The notes under the pieces: generated by a model | Told to the model about the DNA's origin: nothing | The model's input: only the letters and a program-made list of their open reading frames with translations | The model's database searches: none | Position numbers and translations under genes: made by a program | Shown here: piece after piece, positions 52,436-62,532 of the stretch | How positions within the stretch are numbered: the first letter of the stretch is position 1 | How the letters are laid out: every line of letters starts with the position of its first letter | Source: Negativicutes bacterium | Lineage (GTDB): Bacteria > Bacillota > Negativicutes > UBA1444 | DNA length: 64,000 nucleotides | Direction: 5' to 3' | Assembly: GCA_963665275.2 (NCBI GenBank) | Contig: CAXXIN010000016.1 | Span: forward strand, 224,001-288,000

Positions 52436-54055
52436 ATGCCAGGCAATGAAACAACCCATAACGCACCGGAGAAATCAGGGCGGCGGTTTCTGCAAGGGGC
52501 GTTGATTCTGACTATCGCCGGTGTGGTAGTGAAAATCATCGGCAGCTTGAACTGGATATTTTTGTCATGGATTCTCGGCGGGGAAGGCATCGGCATCTAT
52601 CAGATCGCTTTTCCGCTTTATTTATTGGCGCTGAGCCTATCGGAAGCGGGGATTCCGGTCGCGGTGTCGATCCTCACGGCGGAGCGGGCCGCGCGACGCG
52701 ATTTTCGGGGCGCAACGAGGGTGTTCCACCTATCTTTTCTGCTGTTGGCAGTTACCGGTCTTGTGCTGAGCCTTTTGCTGTATTTCGGGGCGGATTGGCT
52801 GATCGATCACCGGGTGATTCGGGATGCCCGGGCCTATTACTCGATTATCGCGCTGACGCCGGCGATTTTCCTGGTGACAGTGCTGTCTAGTTTCCGTGGT
52901 TACTTGCAGGGTTGGCAGATGATGACGCCGACGGCGGTCTCGCAAATCGTCGAACAAATGTTGCGCGTTTTCACCATGCTGTTGTTTGCCCATCTGCTAT
53001 TGCCGCGCGGCCTGGAGTTCGCAGCCGGCGGAGCCAGTCTGGGTGCGGCGGTCGGTGCGGTGGGGGCTTTGCTCGTGCTGATCTGGTATTACTACCGGCT
53101 GCAGCGCAAGCTGCAACCGGAAATGCAGACTCAACAGGAGCTTCAGAGCCAGGAAGGCAGTTTGCCTCTGCTGCGCCGCATTGCATCCCTCGCGCTGCCT
53201 GTTGCCTTGTCCAGCCTGATGCTGCCGGTAGTGGCCAACCTGGACCTGTTCATTGTGCCGCTGCGGCTCGAAGTGGCAGGCTTCACGGTGGGACAGGCTA
53301 CAGAGCGGTTCGGTTATCTCACGGGGATGGCTGTGCCGCTGGTCAATCTGGCGACCATCGTAACGGCATCGCTCGCCGTCAGCCTGGTACCCGCAATTTC
53401 GCAGGCCAAATCACTGGGTCAGCTGCAGGAAGTCGCTTACCGCACAGCGGGAGCGATGCGCCTGGCGAACATCACGACGATCCCGCTCAGTGTAATGCTG
53501 TGGATCATGGCGGAACCCGTCGTTACGATGATCTACCATGCGCCGGGGGCTGCCGGGGTTACCAAAGTAATGGCTTTCTCCATTTTTCTGCTCGGATTGC
53601 ACCAAGTTACGACCGGTGTACTGCAGGGAATGGGACGTACCAGTATCCCGGTCATCAACATGGGATTGGCTGCTGGAGTAAAAGTGGTCCTGAACTGGGT
53701 GCTGACGGCGATTCCCAGTCTCGGAATCCAGGGCGCCGCACTGGCGACGCTAGCAGATCTGGGATTGGCCGCTGCTCTGAACTTGTATTTTGTGTATCGT
53801 TATACCGGCTATTTCTTTGACTGCGGCGATCTGATGAAAAACATCGTTTCGGCTGCAGTAATGGGAGCGGTGATGCACTTCGGCTATCCTCCGGTGATGG
53901 ACTTGCTGGATAATCGATTTTTGGCGGTAGGTTTCGTTTCGTTGGTAGGAGCCTTCACTTACTTGGGCGTGATGATCCTGACAGGTGGCTTGAACCGGAG
54001 GGATTTGGCGCGGATTCCCGTGATCGGACCGAGAGTGTTCAAAGAAGTGGCGTAA
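52436..54055 (+). CDS. Polysaccharide biosynthesis / SpoVB-MurJ family flippase
   Basis: FLQGALILT.AG...K, G.EG.G.Y, GIP.A.S, SQI.EQ; about 14 TM helices. Confidence 0.9.
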   Translation: MPGNETTHNAPEKSGRRFLQGALILTIAGVVVKIIGSLNWIFLSWILGGEGIGIYQIAFPLYLLALSLSEAGIPVAVSILTAERAARRDFRGATRVFHLSFLLLAVTGLVLSLLLYFGADWLIDHRVIRDARAYYSIIALTPAIFLVTVLSSFRGYLQGWQMMTPTAVSQIVEQMLRVFTMLLFAHLLLPRGLEFAAGGASLGAAVGAVGALLVLIWYYYRLQRKLQPEMQTQQELQSQEGSLPLLRRIASLALPVALSSLMLPVVANLDLFIVPLRLEVAGFTVGQATERFGYLTGMAVPLVNLATIVTASLAVSLVPAISQAKSLGQLQEVAYRTAGAMRLANITTIPLSVMLWIMAEPVVTMIYHAPGAAGVTKVMAFSIFLLGLHQVTTGVLQGMGRTSIPVINMGLAAGVKVVLNWVLTAIPSLGIQGAALATLADLGLAAALNLYFVYRYTGYFFDCGDLMKNIVSAAVMGAVMHFGYPPVMDLLDNRFLAVGFVSLVGAFTYLGVMILTGGLNRRDLARIPVIGPRVFKEVA

Positions 54056-54084
54056 AAAGCGCTGTACTATTTGGACTATTTGAG

Positions 54085-55290
54085 CTACATCGATTCAAGC
54101 AGTTGCCGCGCAGCTGCGAGAACACCCTCGGCGTCCGCCGTGGGCGCACCTCCCTGCGCTTGGGTTGCAGTGCCGCCTCCCTTGCCGCCGAAGGGAGCGA
54201 AGCTTTTTTTCATCAGCTCGTTCATGGCGACTGTTGCATCCGGCGCGGCCGCGAATATGAAAGCAGTGCGCTCGCCGGTCCCGTCCGCCGCGGCCAGCAG
54301 GCAGATGCTGCCGGAAACCGCAGTGATGCGTAGAGCGAAATCCTGCAGGTCGGCCGTTCCGTAACCGGAAAACACGCGGGATATGATTCGCCTGGGACCT
54401 AGCGGTGTTGCTTCGGACAGCAGTCTCGCCGCCAGTTCCTCATGATAGGCTTTGCGGGCGACGCTCAGCTCTCGTTGGAGGGCTTCCTGTTTTTCGAGAT
54501 TTTTTTCGAATGCGCGTAGCGCCGCGTCGACCGGAGTAGAAAAACGAGTGGCCAGCGCCCGGGAAATTTCGTGTTTCAGCCGATAATCTTCCAGTGCTCT
54601 AGCGCCGCAGACGAATTCCACGCGGATATTGTTCTTGCGTTTTTCCCAGCCGCGAATTTTGAGCAGCCCCACTTCGCCGGTATGGCTGGCGTGGGTGCCG
54701 CCGCAGGGGCAGCAATCGCAGTTCGCGATGGAAACCAGCCGAATTTGTTCGAATTCCGGACCGGGCTCCTTGCGCATGGAGTAGGCGCTGAGTTCGGCAT
54801 TTTCAACGAATTTCGCGTCAATCAGACGATTCTCGAAAATGACGGCATTGGCGGCTGTTTCGACCGCATAGGCCTGCTCTGTCGAGAAGGCAGGTAGCGT
54901 TACGTCGATCTGGCAGGTGGCGGCTGTGAGGTGGAATCCGACATTTTCCGCCTGAAAATTGGACAGGAAAATGCCTGAGAGAATATGCTCTCCGGTATGT
55001 TGCTGCATGTGGTCAAAGCGCCGCTGCCAGTCGATCCGCCCCGTTACCGGTCCGTCGCCGGGGTCGCCGGCAGTGGTGTGGATAATTTCGCCGTCCCGCA
55101 TCTGGACACTGAGGACTGCTGTTTCGCTCAGAGTCCCGGTGTCACAGGGTTGACCGCCGCCTTCCGGATAGAAGGCGGTACGGTCCAGCACGATCGCATA
55201 TTGACCGCCAGACTGCGGTGTTTTGCTGAGGATGTTCGCTGTAAATTCCCGCAGATAGGCGTCCTGGTAATATAATTTTTCAGTCTGCAC
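54085..55290 (-). CDS. alaX: Alanyl-tRNA editing protein (AlaX-L, with DHHA1 domain)
   Basis: FYPEGGGQP.D.G, MQQHTGEH, CGGTH, GKGGG...AQGG. Confidence 0.92.
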   Translation of the reverse strand: MQTEKLYYQDAYLREFTANILSKTPQSGGQYAIVLDRTAFYPEGGGQPCDTGTLSETAVLSVQMRDGEIIHTTAGDPGDGPVTGRIDWQRRFDHMQQHTGEHILSGIFLSNFQAENVGFHLTAATCQIDVTLPAFSTEQAYAVETAANAVIFENRLIDAKFVENAELSAYSMRKEPGPEFEQIRLVSIANCDCCPCGGTHASHTGEVGLLKIRGWEKRKNNIRVEFVCGARALEDYRLKHEISRALATRFSTPVDAALRAFEKNLEKQEALQRELSVARKAYHEELAARLLSEATPLGPRRIISRVFSGYGTADLQDFALRITAVSGSICLLAAADGTGERTAFIFAAAPDATVAMNELMKKSFAPFGGKGGGTATQAQGGAPTADAEGVLAAARQLLESM

Positions 55291-55314
55291 AGATGTTTCC
55301 CTTGCCTTTCGCTG

Positions 55315-55812
55315 TTATTCGATCCAGGTGGACAGGATCTGGCCGAAGTACATCGTGTGATAGTCGCCGCTGGCATAGCAAGCGCTGTTCAAAGCGCCAT
55401 CTAGTGCAGGCGGGTTCATCGGTTGCTTGTACACTACCTTGCACTCGTAATGCAGACCGGCTCCGCCAATCACCGGAGTGGCGATTTTGAGTCCGGGCAG
55501 TTTCACCAGCCCGGCAGCGGCGAACTTATCGAGGTCGCGACCGGACTTGCTGCCGCAGATGCCAAGCGCCTTGCCCATGTCGGTGCGTGGAACGCTGACG
55601 GTGAATTCGCCGCTGGCCTCCAGCAGACCATAGGTGAAACGGGAGGGGCGAACCAGTACGCTGAAGATTGGCTGACTCCAGATGACACCGAGGGTTCCCC
55701 AACCGATGGTCATCGTATTGTCGCGACCGCCATGGCTAACAGTGAGAAAAGCCCCTTTGGGCAAAGTTTGAATGACTTGCGGCGCGTATTGATCAAAGGC
55801 TATTTCTTTCAT
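55315..55812 (-). CDS. Flavin reductase family protein
   Basis: NTMTIGWG, RPSRFT, CGS.SGRD.DK, YH. Confidence 0.9.
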   Translation of the reverse strand: MKEIAFDQYAPQVIQTLPKGAFLTVSHGGRDNTMTIGWGTLGVIWSQPIFSVLVRPSRFTYGLLEASGEFTVSVPRTDMGKALGICGSKSGRDLDKFAAAGLVKLPGLKIATPVIGGAGLHYECKVVYKQPMNPPALDGALNSACYASGDYHTMYFGQILSTWIE

Positions 55813-55977
55813 GCTGAAAACCTCCTAGAATTAATAATATCTGTATTGGCTTTTTTTGTGCAAAATCCTTGTTTGAATTGACTGCGAACATTTCAAGGCG
55901 CCTGTCTGCAGGCGGAAACCTAAAAAAACGCGGTGCAGCCGGAAAAACAAGTCGTCTTGTGTCGTGCAAAAAGACAC

Positions 55978-56255
55978 TTGCATTATGCCAAAGCATACAG
56001 TATAATCAATTATAAATTTATTCAGTGCAACGCGATGAACGGGATACTGCTGGTTACAGGATTTCAGAGAGCCGCCGGTTGGTGTGAGGCGGTAATCCAG
56101 ACAGACAGGTCCACCCGTGAGCGGCCGGTGATGAATCAGGACGGGGGCCGCCCGATACAGCGGACAGAGTCGGCCGAACTTCGGCAACTTGGGTGGCACC
56201 GCGGGAGAACCTCTACCTCTCGTCCCTATTATTGGGACGGGAGGTTTTTATTTTT
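55978..56255 (+). ncRNA. Serine T-box riboswitch with promoter and terminator
   Basis: TTGCAT-17-TATAAT; AGAGA and GGTGTGA stem I motifs; specifier TCC (Ser) at 56110; T-box AACTTGGGTGGCACCGCG at 56186; terminator 56215-56255. Confidence 0.93.
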
Positions 56256-56284
56256 ACCGCAAAATATGAATTGGAGTGATGATG

Positions 56285-57382
56285 ATGTCAACAACGGCAA
56301 AACGGGCGTACAATTTCAATGCCGGCCCTTCTGCATTGCCCTTGGCGGCATTACAGAAAGCGCAGGCGGAACTGTTGGATTTCCAGGGCGCTGGCATGTC
56401 CATCCTGGAGATGAGCCACCGCGGCAAGGAATATGAAGCGGTGCACAATCAGGCGATCGCACTGCTGCGTGAGCTGCTGGCGATTCCCGAAGACTATGAA
56501 GTGCTGTTCCTTCAGGGCGGCGCCAGCCTGCAGTTCGCGATGGTCCCGATGAATTTTCTCCCGGCGGGAAAACGTGCTGCGTATGTGATGACCGGCGTTT
56601 GGTCGGAAAAAGCCTACGCCGAGGCAAAACAACTGGGTGAAGTCTACGAAGCGGCCAGCAGCAAGAGCGACAAGCACAACCGCATTCCCTCATTCGATGA
56701 ACTGAAGGTTGACGCGGATGCGGCCTATCTGCATATTACTTCCAACAATACAATATACGGAACGCAGTGGCGGGACTTCCCCGATACCGGCGCTGTCCCG
56801 CTGATCGCCGATATGTCGAGCGATATTCTCTCCCGGCCTTTTGATGTCAGCAAGTTCAGTCTGATCTATGCCGGAGCGCAGAAGAACCTCGGACCGGCGG
56901 GTGTCACCGTCGTCATCATTAAACGCGATTTCCTGGCCACCGCGAACCCCAACATTCCGACGATGCTCCGCTACGGCACGTTCGCCAAGGAAAACTCGCT
57001 CTACAACACGCCGCCCACCTTCGGCATCTACCTGATGGGTCTCGTGCTGGAATGGATCAAGGAACAGGGCGGATTGGCGGCAATCACCCGGCGTAATGAA
57101 GAAAAAGCAGCCCTGATCTATGATGTCATCGATGCGAGCAATGGTTTCTACAAAGGCCATGCCGTTCCGGCAGATCGTTCGCGTATGAATATCACCTTCC
57201 GTCTGGCAAATGAGGAACTGGAAAAGAAATTCCTGGCAGAGGCGAAGCAGGCTGGCTTCGTGGGGCTTGCGGGCCATCGTTCGGTCGGCGGCTGTCGCGC
57301 TTCGGCTTATAATGCGGTGCCGGTGGAAGCCTGCCGGGCATTGAAGGACCTGATGCTGAAATTCCAGCAAGCAAATAGCTGA
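56285..57382 (+). CDS. serC: Phosphoserine aminotransferase
   Basis: NFNAGP, EMSHR, QGGA, GAQKN, NTPP, GHRSVGG.RAS. Confidence 0.97.
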   Translation: MSTTAKRAYNFNAGPSALPLAALQKAQAELLDFQGAGMSILEMSHRGKEYEAVHNQAIALLRELLAIPEDYEVLFLQGGASLQFAMVPMNFLPAGKRAAYVMTGVWSEKAYAEAKQLGEVYEAASSKSDKHNRIPSFDELKVDADAAYLHITSNNTIYGTQWRDFPDTGAVPLIADMSSDILSRPFDVSKFSLIYAGAQKNLGPAGVTVVIIKRDFLATANPNIPTMLRYGTFAKENSLYNTPPTFGIYLMGLVLEWIKEQGGLAAITRRNEEKAALIYDVIDASNGFYKGHAVPADRSRMNITFRLANEELEKKFLAEAKQAGFVGLAGHRSVGGCRASAYNAVPVEACRALKDLMLKFQQANS

Positions 57383-57428
57383 GTTGGCGCATAATAAACG
57401 AAATGATAATTTTGGAGGGAAAGACAAC

Positions 57429-59021
57429 ATGCCGAAGATACTCGTAAGCGATCCCGTGGCAAAAGCCGGGGTCGAGATTCTACAAAAGGTATATCCTGTC
57501 GATAGCCGGCAAAAATTGACCCCGGAAGAACTCATCGCCATCATTCCTGAATATGACGCGCTGGTCGTTCGCAGCGAGACCAAGGTGACCAAGGAAGTCA
57601 TCGCGGCGGCGAAAAATTTGAAGGTCATCGGCCGGGCCGGCGTCGGTGTGGACAACATCGATGTGGAGGCAGCCACTCAACGCGGAATCATCGTACTGAA
57701 CGCGCCGGAAGGCAACACCATCGCGGCTACCGAACATACGATGGCGATGATGATGGCCCTGGCCCGTAATGTGCCGCAGGCATACGCTTCCTTGCAAAAT
57801 GGCCTGTGGGAGCGATCGAAATTCACCGGAGTGGAAGTCCGTGGCAAGACCTTGGGGATTCTCGGTTTGGGAAGGATCGGCAGCGGTGTCGCCAAGCGGG
57901 CGCTGGCGATGGAAATGAAAGTAGTGGTCTATGACCCATTCATCCGGGCGGAACAGGCCGAGGCGCTCGGCGTCGAAATCGCCGATCTGGACGAGATCTT
58001 TGCCCAGGCGGATTTCATCACCCTGCATTTGCCCTTGACCGCCGACACCAAGAAATTGCTCAACAAAACAGCTTTCGCCAAAATGAAAAAAGGCGTGCGT
58101 ATTATTAATGTAGCCCGTGGCGGCGTGATCGACGAAGCAGATCTGGCGGCAGCGATCGAGGAGGGGATCGTGGCAGGCGCGGCGATTGATGTATTTGAAA
58201 AAGAACCGGTCGATCCCAACAACCCGCTGCTGAAATCTCCCAAAGTCATTGCAACCCCTCATCTCGGCGCTTCCACGGCGGAAGCCCAGGTCGGCGTGGC
58301 GGTTGACGTGGCTCATGGAGTGCTGGCCGCCCTGCGGGGTGAACCGGTGACAACGGCTGTCAACATGGCGCCGATTCCGGCTCATGTAATGGAAGTCATT
58401 CGTCCTTTCTTCAACCTGGCGGAGCGGATGGGTTGTCTGTCGGCAACGCTGGCGAACGGCCGCATCCAGTCAATTGATGTGGAATTCGCCGGCAACATCA
58501 GCGAAGTCGACACCAAAATGCTGACTGTGGCCGTGATCAAAGGTGCGCTCAGCCCCTTCCTACAGGAGTCGGTCAACTACGTGAATGCGCCGGGCCTCGC
58601 CAAGAGCCGCGGCATCAAGATCAAGGAAGTCAAGATCAAGGAGACCGACAATTTTGCCAACCTGCTCAAGGTTCGGGTGGTGACCGACAAGGATTACTGC
58701 TGCGTGAAAGGCACGTTGTTCGGCAAAGAAGGCCGCATCGTCATGATCAACGATTACCGGGTCGACTTTGTGCCGCAAGGCTGGCTGATGATCGGACCGC
58801 ATATCGACCGTCCGGGTATTATCGGCAAGGTCGGCACGTTCCTCGGCGCCAGCGGAATCAATATTGCGAGCATGCAAGTGGGCCGTTCCGAGAAAGCGGG
58901 CAACCAGATGATGGTGCTGTCAGTGGAATCCGCTATTCCGCAGACTGTTTTGGAACAGCTCAAGTCGGTCGACGGCATTCTGGGCGCCACGATGGTAAAT
59001 TTCGAATCCCTGCGCATGTGA
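57429..59021 (+). CDS. serA: D-3-phosphoglycerate dehydrogenase
   Basis: RAGVGVDN, GLGRIG, PHLGAST.EAQ, ASB and ACT domains. Confidence 0.97.
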   Translation: MPKILVSDPVAKAGVEILQKVYPVDSRQKLTPEELIAIIPEYDALVVRSETKVTKEVIAAAKNLKVIGRAGVGVDNIDVEAATQRGIIVLNAPEGNTIAATEHTMAMMMALARNVPQAYASLQNGLWERSKFTGVEVRGKTLGILGLGRIGSGVAKRALAMEMKVVVYDPFIRAEQAEALGVEIADLDEIFAQADFITLHLPLTADTKKLLNKTAFAKMKKGVRIINVARGGVIDEADLAAAIEEGIVAGAAIDVFEKEPVDPNNPLLKSPKVIATPHLGASTAEAQVGVAVDVAHGVLAALRGEPVTTAVNMAPIPAHVMEVIRPFFNLAERMGCLSATLANGRIQSIDVEFAGNISEVDTKMLTVAVIKGALSPFLQESVNYVNAPGLAKSRGIKIKEVKIKETDNFANLLKVRVVTDKDYCCVKGTLFGKEGRIVMINDYRVDFVPQGWLMIGPHIDRPGIIGKVGTFLGASGINIASMQVGRSEKAGNQMMVLSVESAIPQTVLEQLKSVDGILGATMVNFESLRM

Positions 59022-59050
59022 TTTCGCGCAGCACTGAGGAGTAGATAACG

Positions 59051-60283
59051 ATGGCCACAGTCAAGCCTTTTCGGGCCTTGCGCCCAGCTGCGGCGAACGC
59101 AGCCGATTTCACATCCCTCCCTTATGACGTGATGGATGCCGCCGAAGCGCGGGAGATGGTCGCGCAAAAGCCGCAAAATTTTCTGCGGGTAACCCGGGCG
59201 GAAGTCGACCTGCCGCCGGAAACGGACCCCCACTCCCCGGAAGTGTACGGTCAAGCCAGGAAAAAACTGGCGGAATACAGGGCATCCGGAATAATGAAAC
59301 AGGATTCAGGCAACTGCTATTACGTATATCGTCAGCAGATGGGAAAATTCGTTCAGACCGGCATTGGCGCCGTCTGTCAGGTGGCGGAATACGAAGCGGG
59401 CATTGTCCGCAAACACGAGCTGACGCGCCCGGACAAGGAACAGGACCGTGTGGAGCACATTCTGGCAACCGGTGCGCAGACGGGGCCGGTGTTTCTCGTG
59501 TATCGCCGCAACGCGGCAATTGCGGCGCAAGTGGCGTCGGTCATGGCCAAGGAGCCAGCCTGCGATTTCACGACCGAAGACGGAATCCGCCATACACTGT
59601 GGGTGATGGAGGATCCAGAGTCTATCTTCGCTGTTGAGCAGGCCTTCGCCGGAATGGACAGGCTGTATATCGCCGATGGTCATCATCGTGCTGCTGCGGC
59701 GGCCCGGGTGAGCCGCCTGAGTGATGGAAAAGGCGCAGGCAGTTTCCTGACTGTGCTTTTCCCTGACGATGAGGTGCATATCCTCGACTACAACCGGGTG
59801 GTTTATGATTGGGGCAATCTGTCGCCGGAAAAATTTCTCACTGAAATTGCGCAGAAATTCATCGTCGAGCCGGCCCGCGCCAAAGGCACCGATACGGGTA
59901 AGCCCGATCGCCTCCACGGTTTTGGCATGTATCTGGACGGGAGCTGGTATCAGCTGACGACTAAGCCCGGCAGCTTCGATCATAACAACGCCTTGGCGCG
60001 GCTCGACGTGAACATCCTGCAGAACAATCTGCTGGCCCCGGTGCTCGGCATCCAGGATCCGCGGACCGACAACCGGATCGGTTTCGTCGGCGGCATCCGC
60101 GGGATGGGCGAACTGAAAAAACTTGTCGATTCCGGGCGGGCCGTGGTGGCATTCTCACTGTTCGCGACTTCCATCGAAGATCTGATGTCAGTGGCGGATG
60201 CGAACGAGATCATGCCGCCCAAGTCAACCTGGTTCGAACCCAAGCTGCGTGACGGGCTGCTCGTGCACCTGATTGACGGATGA
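59051..60283 (+). CDS. DUF1015 family protein
   Basis: PYDV, HELT, IADGHHR, MPPKSTWFEPK. Confidence 0.93.
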   Translation: MATVKPFRALRPAAANAADFTSLPYDVMDAAEAREMVAQKPQNFLRVTRAEVDLPPETDPHSPEVYGQARKKLAEYRASGIMKQDSGNCYYVYRQQMGKFVQTGIGAVCQVAEYEAGIVRKHELTRPDKEQDRVEHILATGAQTGPVFLVYRRNAAIAAQVASVMAKEPACDFTTEDGIRHTLWVMEDPESIFAVEQAFAGMDRLYIADGHHRAAAAARVSRLSDGKGAGSFLTVLFPDDEVHILDYNRVVYDWGNLSPEKFLTEIAQKFIVEPARAKGTDTGKPDRLHGFGMYLDGSWYQLTTKPGSFDHNNALARLDVNILQNNLLAPVLGIQDPRTDNRIGFVGGIRGMGELKKLVDSGRAVVAFSLFATSIEDLMSVADANEIMPPKSTWFEPKLRDGLLVHLIDG

Positions 60284-60295
60284 AATGATCCAGAA

Positions 60296-60346
60296 AGAGG
60301 CTCCGGTTTCCGCGCCGAAAATGGCAGGACCGGAGCTTCTTTTTTT
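60296..60346 (+). terminator. Terminator of the ser operon
   Basis: GAGGCTCCGGT...ACCGGAGCTTC-TTTTTT. Confidence 0.75.
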
Positions 60347-60408
60347 GCGGGAACTATCATATATAGAATATAGCACAAGAAAAGATGACAAAATTATCAG
60401 TTTTATAA

Positions 60409-60435
60409 GCAGGAAATAAGAGTTGGAAATTGAAT
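60409..60435 (+). promoter_or_regulatory. Sigma-H-type promoter
   Basis: GCAGGAAAT...GAAT with a 17-nt spacer. Confidence 0.55.
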
Positions 60436-60487
60436 ACAATATAATAAAACTAGAATGGAAAATGTTTGCAAAAAAAGGGGACGATTA

Positions 60488-61057
60488 ATGATGAAGAAAC
60501 AGACACGCTGGGCACTCGTATCGGTATTGGCAATTTTGGCGGGAATCATGATGGGCGGGATCGCCGGGGCTGTCGGGCTGTCGGAACCTATTTTTGAATC
60601 ACCGGTACTGATCACTTCGATCGGTCAGAGCGCTGACGGGCAATTGGTCAAGGTGCTCGCAGACCGCGTCGGCATCAGCTATCAATATGACTCGTTGGCG
60701 CCGGCATCTGCGGTCGGTGACTACAAGACCGCTATTTTGGTCGTGGGAGGCAGCTCCAAAGGGCTGGGAGCCGCCGGTATCAACCAGGACCAGGAAGAAT
60801 CCAGAGCTAAAGCCATTATCGATGCAGCCAGATCTGCCGGAACCAAGATTTTGTTCATGCATGTGGGCGGAGATGCCCGTCGCGGGGATCTCACCGACCG
60901 TTTCGTCACGATCACCGCACCGGCGGCCCAGTACCTGATCGTGGTCGCCGACGGGAATAAGGACAACTTCATGACCAATGCCGCCGGCGGTGCGCCGATG
61001 GATATGGCGGATACCTTGGGTGATGCGGGAAGGCTGCTGAAAGCCGCATTCAAATAA
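60488..61057 (+). CDS. DUF6305-family exported protein
   Basis: Signal peptide; TS.GQS.D, GGSSKGLGAAG, H.GG..RRG...D, GN.D. Confidence 0.8.
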   Translation: MMKKQTRWALVSVLAILAGIMMGGIAGAVGLSEPIFESPVLITSIGQSADGQLVKVLADRVGISYQYDSLAPASAVGDYKTAILVVGGSSKGLGAAGINQDQEESRAKAIIDAARSAGTKILFMHVGGDARRGDLTDRFVTITAPAAQYLIVVADGNKDNFMTNAAGGAPMDMADTLGDAGRLLKAAFK

Positions 61058-61078
61058 GCGAAAAGAGGAAACGGAAGC

Positions 61079-62353
61079 ATGTCACATGAATCCTGGCTGC
61101 TGGGGCTGATGCTGGTGGCGTTTCTTGGGATGGTTTCCGGCCTGAAATGGCCGGTAGGGCTGTCACTGGCTGCAACCAGCGTCGTCGTCGCTGCCGCCGA
61201 TGGTCACGGAATCCCCCTGCGCCACCTAGTGGAAGGGATGTTCGGCTATATCGATGTTTCTCTGGTCCTGATCACGGCCATGATCTTCATGAAGGTCATC
61301 GAAAAAAACGGCTTACTCGATGCCTTGACCTGTGATCTCATGTTGCGGTTCGGTCGTTCGCCGGCGATGATGTTGACGATGATGACGATTATCATCATGT
61401 TCCCCGGAATGATCACCGGTTCCTGCACTTCTTCGGTACTCTCGACCGGTGTGTTGTTAGTGCCGGTGCTGCTGAAGATGAACATGCCGCGGGAAACAGC
61501 CGGAGCGATCGTGGCCATGGCCGCAGTCTACGGCATGATCGCGCCGCCGGTCAATATCGTGGTCATGATCATCGGCGGCGGTATTGATATGCCTTATATC
61601 GGTTTTGACTTGCCGCTTCTCTATATGACCCTGCCGCTGGCGATTTTGACAACGCTTTATCTGGGTTACGGCTATGCCCGCCGCGCTGATATGGCTTCCG
61701 TGGTCGAGGAGTTCGCCTGCCGGGAACGTGCGCCCGGCGGTTTTCTATTGTATCTGCCGCTGCTGACAGTCGTGGTTCTGATGATCGGCCCCAAGGCGCT
61801 GCCGGGCTGGTTCCCTGACCCGCGTCTACCGCTGACATTCGTGATCGGCGCTGGTCTGGCTCTCTTGTCCGGGCGAAAATTCAGCCTGCTCGAAGCCGCG
61901 CAGAATGGGGTGACGGAGATTCTATCGGTGGTCGGCATCCTCATGGGTGTTGGCATGCTGATCCAGATCATGACGCTGACCGGGATTCGCGGCGATATCG
62001 CCGTGACCAGCCTGAGTCTGCCGCCGTATCTGCTATTGGCTGGAATCGCAATCATGCTGCCTCTGTTCGGCGGGATCTCGGTATTCGGGGCCGCCAGCGT
62101 TCTGGGCGTGCCGTTTATCCTGACAATGCTGAGTCAGAACCTCATCATCACAGCTGCAGGAATGTCGTTGATCGCCGCTATGGGCAGTTTCATGCCGCCG
62201 GTGGCGCTGACCGCCGTTATCGCAGCGCAAGTCGTTGACGAGCCGGATTATCTGAAAATCGTGAAGCCCCTGATCCTTCCGTCCCTGGTCGCTATCGGTG
62301 TCGGGGTGCTCATGATCAAATACGCCACACAGATAGCGAGGATTGTACTATGA
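61079..62353 (+). CDS. TRAP/IT-superfamily large permease (DctM-like)
   Basis: About 12 TM helices; RHLVEG, PGMITGS, GMIAPP.N, MPP.A. Confidence 0.85.
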   Translation: MSHESWLLGLMLVAFLGMVSGLKWPVGLSLAATSVVVAAADGHGIPLRHLVEGMFGYIDVSLVLITAMIFMKVIEKNGLLDALTCDLMLRFGRSPAMMLTMMTIIIMFPGMITGSCTSSVLSTGVLLVPVLLKMNMPRETAGAIVAMAAVYGMIAPPVNIVVMIIGGGIDMPYIGFDLPLLYMTLPLAILTTLYLGYGYARRADMASVVEEFACRERAPGGFLLYLPLLTVVVLMIGPKALPGWFPDPRLPLTFVIGAGLALLSGRKFSLLEAAQNGVTEILSVVGILMGVGMLIQIMTLTGIRGDIAVTSLSLPPYLLLAGIAIMLPLFGGISVFGAASVLGVPFILTMLSQNLIITAAGMSLIAAMGSFMPPVALTAVIAAQVVDEPDYLKIVKPLILPSLVAIGVGVLMIKYATQIARIVL

Positions 62354-62366
62354 GAGGTGCGTCGTC

Positions 62367-62513
62367 ATGATGACCATCGTGTATCGGTTGATTTTGGTGG
62401 CGGCGGTCGTATTGATCGTCCGCGGCCTCTTCCAGGAAAAAGAGCTTAAAATGCAAATCAATGCCGCCTGGGTTCTGATACCGTTTATTTTACGCGCATT
62501 GATGCTGGCGTGA
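62367..62513 (+). CDS. 48-aa two-TM membrane protein (below the ORF-track cutoff)
   Basis: GAGGTG RBS; MMTIVYRLILVAAVVLIVRGLFQEKELKMQINAAWVLIPFILRALMLA; fills the gap in the operon. Confidence 0.7.
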   Translation: MMTIVYRLILVAAVVLIVRGLFQEKELKMQINAAWVLIPFILRALMLA

Positions 62514-62532
62514 GGGAGGGGCAGGTAGGACT

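Noticed and set aside
12142-58385. Long shadow ORFs (e.g. 12142..12939, 40384..41325, 52912..53820, 56690..57676, 57480..58385)
   Set aside because: They overlap well-supported genes and have no motifs; expected from codon bias.
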